Below are positions 49,498-53,866 of a DNA stretch of 53,866 bases, piece after piece (the first letter of the stretch is position 1; each line of letters begins with the position of its first letter). The stretch lies in contig NVRQ02000113.1 of assembly GCA_002400905.2 (NCBI GenBank), forward strand, positions 1 to 53,866. The letters run 5' to 3'. Below the pieces are notes generated by a model. It saw only the letters and a program-made list of their open reading frames with translations. It made no database searches and was not told the DNA's origin. Source of the DNA: Gammaproteobacteria bacterium (GTDB lineage: Bacteria; Pseudomonadota; Gammaproteobacteria; GCA-2400775). The translations under genes were made by a program, and so were the position numbers.

Positions 49498-50532
49498 CTA
49501 CGCGCTGTTACGAACCGGTAACGGCGCAGCACCGGCGATGGCTAGTGCCAATTGTAGCAACTCACCCCAGGCACTGCCTACTTCAGCACCTTTTATAACA
49601 CGATCTGCTCGCGCCGCACGCCGCAATAGACGCTGCCAAGCCTTTATATCCTGGCGTTTCAACGCTGCACTAACCAAGGGTAATCGTTTTTGCCAGACGC
49701 CAAGTGAACGCGCCAAATTACTGTCTACATGACCCGCTTTACCAGATTTTTCAGCTAATCGCACCAACGTCCGCAACTCACGTGACAAGGCCCACAACAC
49801 CAACGTTGGCGCCACGCCTTCCTTCTCTAGCACAGTCACCATACGTTGTACGCGAACAATATCGCCAACCAAGGCACTGTCAACCAAACCAAACACATCA
49901 AAACGCGCATTATCGCTAATACTCGCCTCAATCAGCTCTGCAGTAATACGCTCACCAGACTGTGCCAACTTGAGCTTATCGATCTCTTGCACGGCAGCGA
50001 GCAAATTGCCTTCAACATAGTTTGCTAACAAACGAATCGCCTCTTCCTCTGCATTCAGACCCTGCTGGCGCAGTCTCCCAGACAACCATTGATCCAATTC
50101 CCGTCGCTCCAAAGGCCACACTTGGATAACACCACCCACTTTATCTAAGGCCTTAAACCACGCGGCGGATTTTGCCTTAGCATCAAATTTAGGCATGATG
50201 ATCAAAAACACGGTATCTACAGGCAGTTGCTGCGCTAATTCTCTCAGCGCTTTAGAACCCGCATCACCCGGTGTTGGCTTGCTAAAACGCAATTCAATGA
50301 TGCGACGATTAGAAAACAGCGATAAGGCATCCGCTGATGCTACCAGACTTGGCCAATCAAAGCCGGCTTCTACCTGGTGAACTTCACGCGAATCAAAGCC
50401 CTGCGCAACCGCCGCTTGGCGCAACTGATCTACCGCCTCCTGTACTAACAAAAGTTCATCGCCAGAAACAAGGTAACAAGGTAGTAACGGTTTTTTCCCG
50501 TGCACTGGCAACTCGCGCGCATCGATTTTCAC
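49498..50532 (-). CDS. holA: DNA polymerase III delta subunit
   Basis: 344 aa with YLVSGDELLLVQEA at the N-terminus. Canonical position after lptE. Confidence 0.88.
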   Translation of the reverse strand: MKIDARELPVHGKKPLLPCYLVSGDELLLVQEAVDQLRQAAVAQGFDSREVHQVEAGFDWPSLVASADALSLFSNRRIIELRFSKPTPGDAGSKALRELAQQLPVDTVFLIIMPKFDAKAKSAAWFKALDKVGGVIQVWPLERRELDQWLSGRLRQQGLNAEEEAIRLLANYVEGNLLAAVQEIDKLKLAQSGERITAELIEASISDNARFDVFGLVDSALVGDIVRVQRMVTVLEKEGVAPTLVLWALSRELRTLVRLAEKSGKAGHVDSNLARSLGVWQKRLPLVSAALKRQDIKAWQRLLRRAARADRVIKGAEVGSAWGELLQLALAIAGAAPLPVRNSA

Positions 50533-50565
50533 TTAGTGCAGCACACTTAAAAAAATTTCACAGTG

Positions 50566-51060
50566 CTAAGGCGCCAACTTTACACGCTGCAAAACACGCA
50601 AAATGGTATTGACTGCATCGCTGCGCATATCTTGGTAGAGCCGTTGCTCTTCTTCTGCTTTGGCCAGCACTTGGTTTTCATCAAAGGTGATATCCCGGCG
50701 CGCACTTGTGTTACGTTGCTTCGCTTCACCTTCTGGCACAGCAAGGCTGTAGCTTACCGAATAATGTAATTCAAACTCAGACACCTTAGCCGAGGCGTTG
50801 ACCGACAGTACACGGCGCGATTGCGCAATCGCGCCAATGTTAAGACGAACGTCGGCCAAGCTATTGCCGGCGACTTCGCTAACGCCAAATTGCTGTAAAC
50901 GCTGCCTAAGCAAAGCAAGCAACGCCGCATCTTGTTCACCACCGGTCAAATACACTGACGAAATAGCGAGCTCAACATCACCGTTCTGCAAACCACGCAG
51001 CTGATAACCACAGCTCATCAGTGCAACGGATAACAGCAATAACAAAAATAATTTAGCCAA
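50566..51060 (-). CDS. lptE: LPS-assembly lipoprotein LptE
   Basis: 164 aa with lipobox LMSCGYQLRG. Located directly downstream of leuS. Confidence 0.88.
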   Translation of the reverse strand: MAKLFLLLLLSVALMSCGYQLRGLQNGDVELAISSVYLTGGEQDAALLALLRQRLQQFGVSEVAGNSLADVRLNIGAIAQSRRVLSVNASAKVSEFELHYSVSYSLAVPEGEAKQRNTSARRDITFDENQVLAKAEEEQRLYQDMRSDAVNTILRVLQRVKLAP

Positions 51061-51066
51061 TGCTAC

Positions 51067-53556
51067 TCACCCGACTACAATATTCACTAAACGCTTAGGA
51101 ACGATAACGATTTTCTTTATCTCCTTACCCTCTACAAAACGCGCCACATTGTCAGAAGCCAATGCCGCTTGCTCAATAGCATCGTTTGACGCACCAGCAG
51201 CCACCGTAATACGGTCACGTAACTTACCATTAACTTGCACCACCAACTCTATTTCATCACTGACCAGTGCAGCAATGTCAACCTGTGGCCAACCTGCGTC
51301 AAGAATATCTCCCTCATGACCAATTTGCTGCCATAAAACATGGCTCACATGCGGCACTATCGGTGCGATTAGCCGCAGTAATATCGTAACCGCCTCACAA
51401 TAAGCCAAACCAGCACCGCTGTTTTTATCGCTGTCTTCTTGTGGCCATTGAGCAAGCAAGTTCACCATTTTCATTGCCGTCGCAACAACAGTATTAAATT
51501 GATACTTGGCAATGTCACGATTCGCCGACTCAAGCAAGGTATGTAATTCAAAACGCTGCTTCTTAATTGTTGCACCTAACGATGTCCAATCGACACCCGC
51601 CACCACATCAATATTACTGCGCAAGGTCTGATTTGTTGGCTCCTCGACTAGCAACTTCCATAAACGTCGAAGAAAGCGATGGGCACCCTCAACCGCATCA
51701 TCATTCCATTCCAACGAGTGTTCAGGTGGCGCTGCAAACATAGTAAACAAACGTACCGTGTCGGCCCCATAACGCTCGATAAGTGATTGCGGATCAACCG
51801 TATTGCCTTTTGACTTCGACATTTTAGTGCCGTCTTTTAACACCATACCCTGCGTTAATAAGCGTTTAAATGGCTCGTCTGTTTTTACTAAGCCTTCATC
51901 GCGCAACAACTTGTGATAAAAACGCGAATAGAGCAAATGCAAAATAGCGTGTTCAATACCACCAACATATTGATCAACCGGCAACCAATCATCGCTGCGA
52001 GCATCTAACATCGCACCGTCATTATCACGACAGGTATAGCGCGCGTAATACCACGACGATTCCATAAAGGTATCAAAGGTATCGGTTTCACGTTTTGCCG
52101 GCTTGCCACAACGTGGGCAGTCTGTCTCATAAAATTCAGGCATACGCGCCAACGGCGAACCGCTGCCCTCAACCAAGGTGACGTCTTCTGGCAGCGTTAC
52201 CGGAAGCTGATCTACTGGCACTGGCACGTCACCACAGCCATCACATGCCACCATAGGAATGGGGGCACCCCAATAACGCTGACGCGATACTCCCCAGTCA
52301 CGCAACCGATAATTTGTCTGGCGCTGACCGTAACCTTTGCTTTCCAAGGCATCAGCGATCGCATTAAAGGCCTGATCAAAATCAAAGCCATCAAACTCAT
52401 TTGAATTGATTAACATGCCCTTATCAGTATACGCAGCAGCATCTAGATCAACCCCCTCATCATTCGTTGGCGTGATCACTTGCTTAACCGCTAAACCGTA
52501 TTTTTTTGCAAACTCCCAATCACGTTGGTCATGAGCAGGCACCGACATCACCGCACCACTGCCATACCCCATCAGCACAAAATTAGCCGCATAAACAGGC
52601 AGTGATTCTCCGCTAAACGGGTGCGTAACAGTCAAGCCAGTGTCAACGCCTTCTTTTTCCATCTGCTCCATCGCCGCTTCAGACGTTTGCATGCGCTTGC
52701 ATTGATCAATAAACGCCTGTAATTCCGGGCGCGCTTTCGCTGCCTCTACTACCAACGGATGCTCAGGTGCGATAGCCAAATAGGTCACACCCATCACCGT
52801 ATCAGGACGTGTCGTGTAGACCGTCATTGATTGTCCGGCAGCCGCGTTCAAATCAAACTTGATATTTAAACCATAAGAACGGCCAATCCAATTACGCTGC
52901 ATTGCACGCACTTTTTCAGGCCACTCATCAAGCTGATCTAATGACTCTAATAGTTCATCCGCATAATCCGTGATTTTTAAAAACCACTGTGGTATTTCAC
53001 GTCGTTCCACCTGCGTATCACAACGCCAACAACAACCATCAATAACCTGCTCATTCGCCAACACCGTCATATCATTCGGGCACCAGTTTACTGACGCCGT
53101 TTTTTTATAAACCAAGCCTTTTTCATATAAGCGAATAAAAAACCATTGCTCCCAACGATAATAATCTGGGTGGCACGTAGCGATTTCACGCGACCAATCA
53201 TAAGCAAAACCTAAGCGCTTTAACTGGACCCGCATATAATCAATATTTTCGCGCGTCCACTTAGCCGGCGGCACACCATTTTTAATGGCCGCATTTTCAG
53301 CGGGCAAGCCAAAGGCATCCCAACCTATCGGTTGCAATACGTTTTTGCCGCACATACGCTGATAGCGACTAATAACATCACCAATCGTGTAATTGCGCAC
53401 GTGCCCCATGTGCAATCGACCACTGGGATAAGGAAACATCGACAAGCAGTAGAAATTATCCCCACCGTGGTGATCAACCGCAACAAAGCGCTCGCTTTCT
53501 TGCCAATAAGACTGCACCGCCGGCTCTATCTCTGCGGCATTATATTCGTTATTCAT
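51067..53556 (-). CDS. leuS: Leucine--tRNA ligase
   Basis: 829 aa with HIGH-type motif HMGH ([11 protein letters not shown]) and KMSKS (TKMSKSKGN). Confidence 0.97.
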   Translation of the reverse strand: MNNEYNAAEIEPAVQSYWQESERFVAVDHHGGDNFYCLSMFPYPSGRLHMGHVRNYTIGDVISRYQRMCGKNVLQPIGWDAFGLPAENAAIKNGVPPAKWTRENIDYMRVQLKRLGFAYDWSREIATCHPDYYRWEQWFFIRLYEKGLVYKKTASVNWCPNDMTVLANEQVIDGCCWRCDTQVERREIPQWFLKITDYADELLESLDQLDEWPEKVRAMQRNWIGRSYGLNIKFDLNAAAGQSMTVYTTRPDTVMGVTYLAIAPEHPLVVEAAKARPELQAFIDQCKRMQTSEAAMEQMEKEGVDTGLTVTHPFSGESLPVYAANFVLMGYGSGAVMSVPAHDQRDWEFAKKYGLAVKQVITPTNDEGVDLDAAAYTDKGMLINSNEFDGFDFDQAFNAIADALESKGYGQRQTNYRLRDWGVSRQRYWGAPIPMVACDGCGDVPVPVDQLPVTLPEDVTLVEGSGSPLARMPEFYETDCPRCGKPAKRETDTFDTFMESSWYYARYTCRDNDGAMLDARSDDWLPVDQYVGGIEHAILHLLYSRFYHKLLRDEGLVKTDEPFKRLLTQGMVLKDGTKMSKSKGNTVDPQSLIERYGADTVRLFTMFAAPPEHSLEWNDDAVEGAHRFLRRLWKLLVEEPTNQTLRSNIDVVAGVDWTSLGATIKKQRFELHTLLESANRDIAKYQFNTVVATAMKMVNLLAQWPQEDSDKNSGAGLAYCEAVTILLRLIAPIVPHVSHVLWQQIGHEGDILDAGWPQVDIAALVSDEIELVVQVNGKLRDRITVAAGASNDAIEQAALASDNVARFVEGKEIKKIVIVPKRLVNIVVG

Positions 53557-53643
53557 TAAATCTCATATTCCAACAGGCCCTACATAGAGAAGACCTTACA
53601 CATAAAAGAGGGGATTTTAGCAGAGCCGCTGGCTCAGCCCTAG

Positions 53644-53866
53644 CTAATCAGTGGTTGATCTTCGTTTTAGCAAAAAAGCTAACAATAATAGACTCAAGGC
53701 TAATAAAACAATGGCGTAATTTTGAACGCGCACATAAGGGGTATTGCCAAACTGCGGCTGCACTTTGGCGGTAATAACATCAACGACATTAAGCTTGCTA
53801 ACGCTCAACAACTGGCCTTTGTGATCCATAATCGAAGAAACACCTGTGTTGGTTGCTCGCAGCAAA
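53644..53866 (-). CDS. lnt: Apolipoprotein N-acyltransferase, C-terminal fragment (gene continues beyond the right edge of the window)
   Basis: The reading frame is open to the window end. LRATNTGVSSIMDHKGQ followed by a terminal TM helix matches the Lnt C-terminus. Lies upstream of leuS. Confidence 0.8.
   Translation of the reverse strand, partial: LLRATNTGVSSIMDHKGQLLSVSKLNVVDVITAKVQPQFGNTPYVRVQNYAIVLLALSLLLLAFLLKRRSTTD

Overview
This 53.9 kb window is a core-chromosome segment of a gammaproteobacterium whose gene order resembles Pseudomonas. It holds about 60 protein genes, and all but three (coq7, crp/vfr, a degS/algW-like protease) are on the minus strand.

Gene content from left to right:
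- a partial exported-protein gene
- a complete System I cytochrome c maturation operon, ccmABCDEFGHI (ccmD is missing from the ORF track and I added it by hand)
- rplM-rpsI
- a thioredoxin-like 2Fe-2S ferredoxin divergent from coq7
- VOC and OsmC family genes
- crp/vfr
- trpE, trpG, trpD, trpC with rpe and gph
- a complete alternative complex III operon (actA, B1, B2, C, D, E, F)
- a nif3-like gene and the degS/algW-like protease
- tatABC
- hisE, F, A, H, B, D, G
- murA and a bolA-like ibaG
- mlaFEDCB
- a nitrilase-superfamily gene and yhdP
- rng, maf, rlmH, rsfS, nadD, proA, holA, lptE, leuS
- the 3' end of lnt

I found no rRNA, intact tRNA, CRISPR array, transposase, integrase, phage gene or recognisable defence gene. 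I do not see convincing evidence for a wholly new protein-coding system.

Features that ordinary annotation does not explain:
1. Three families of short non-coding elements resembling MITEs (miniature inverted-repeat transposable elements, here with terminal inverted repeats), 8 copies in total. They sit inside operons, and some supply stop or start codons to his, trp and rng genes.
2. The 5' two-thirds of a tRNA-Gln(CUG) gene, cut off exactly at the end of one of these elements.
3. An in-frame 3 x 18 nt tandem repeat that extends NadD. Its motif recurs inside two of the elements.
4. The ACIII module has a split ActB and no adjacent oxidase, and it sits at a synteny break.
5. Clean synteny gaps: hisC and hisI are absent from the his cluster, and mrdA-rodA and mreBCD are absent from the rlmH|maf junction.
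6. An unexplained 485 bp non-coding region lies upstream of actA.
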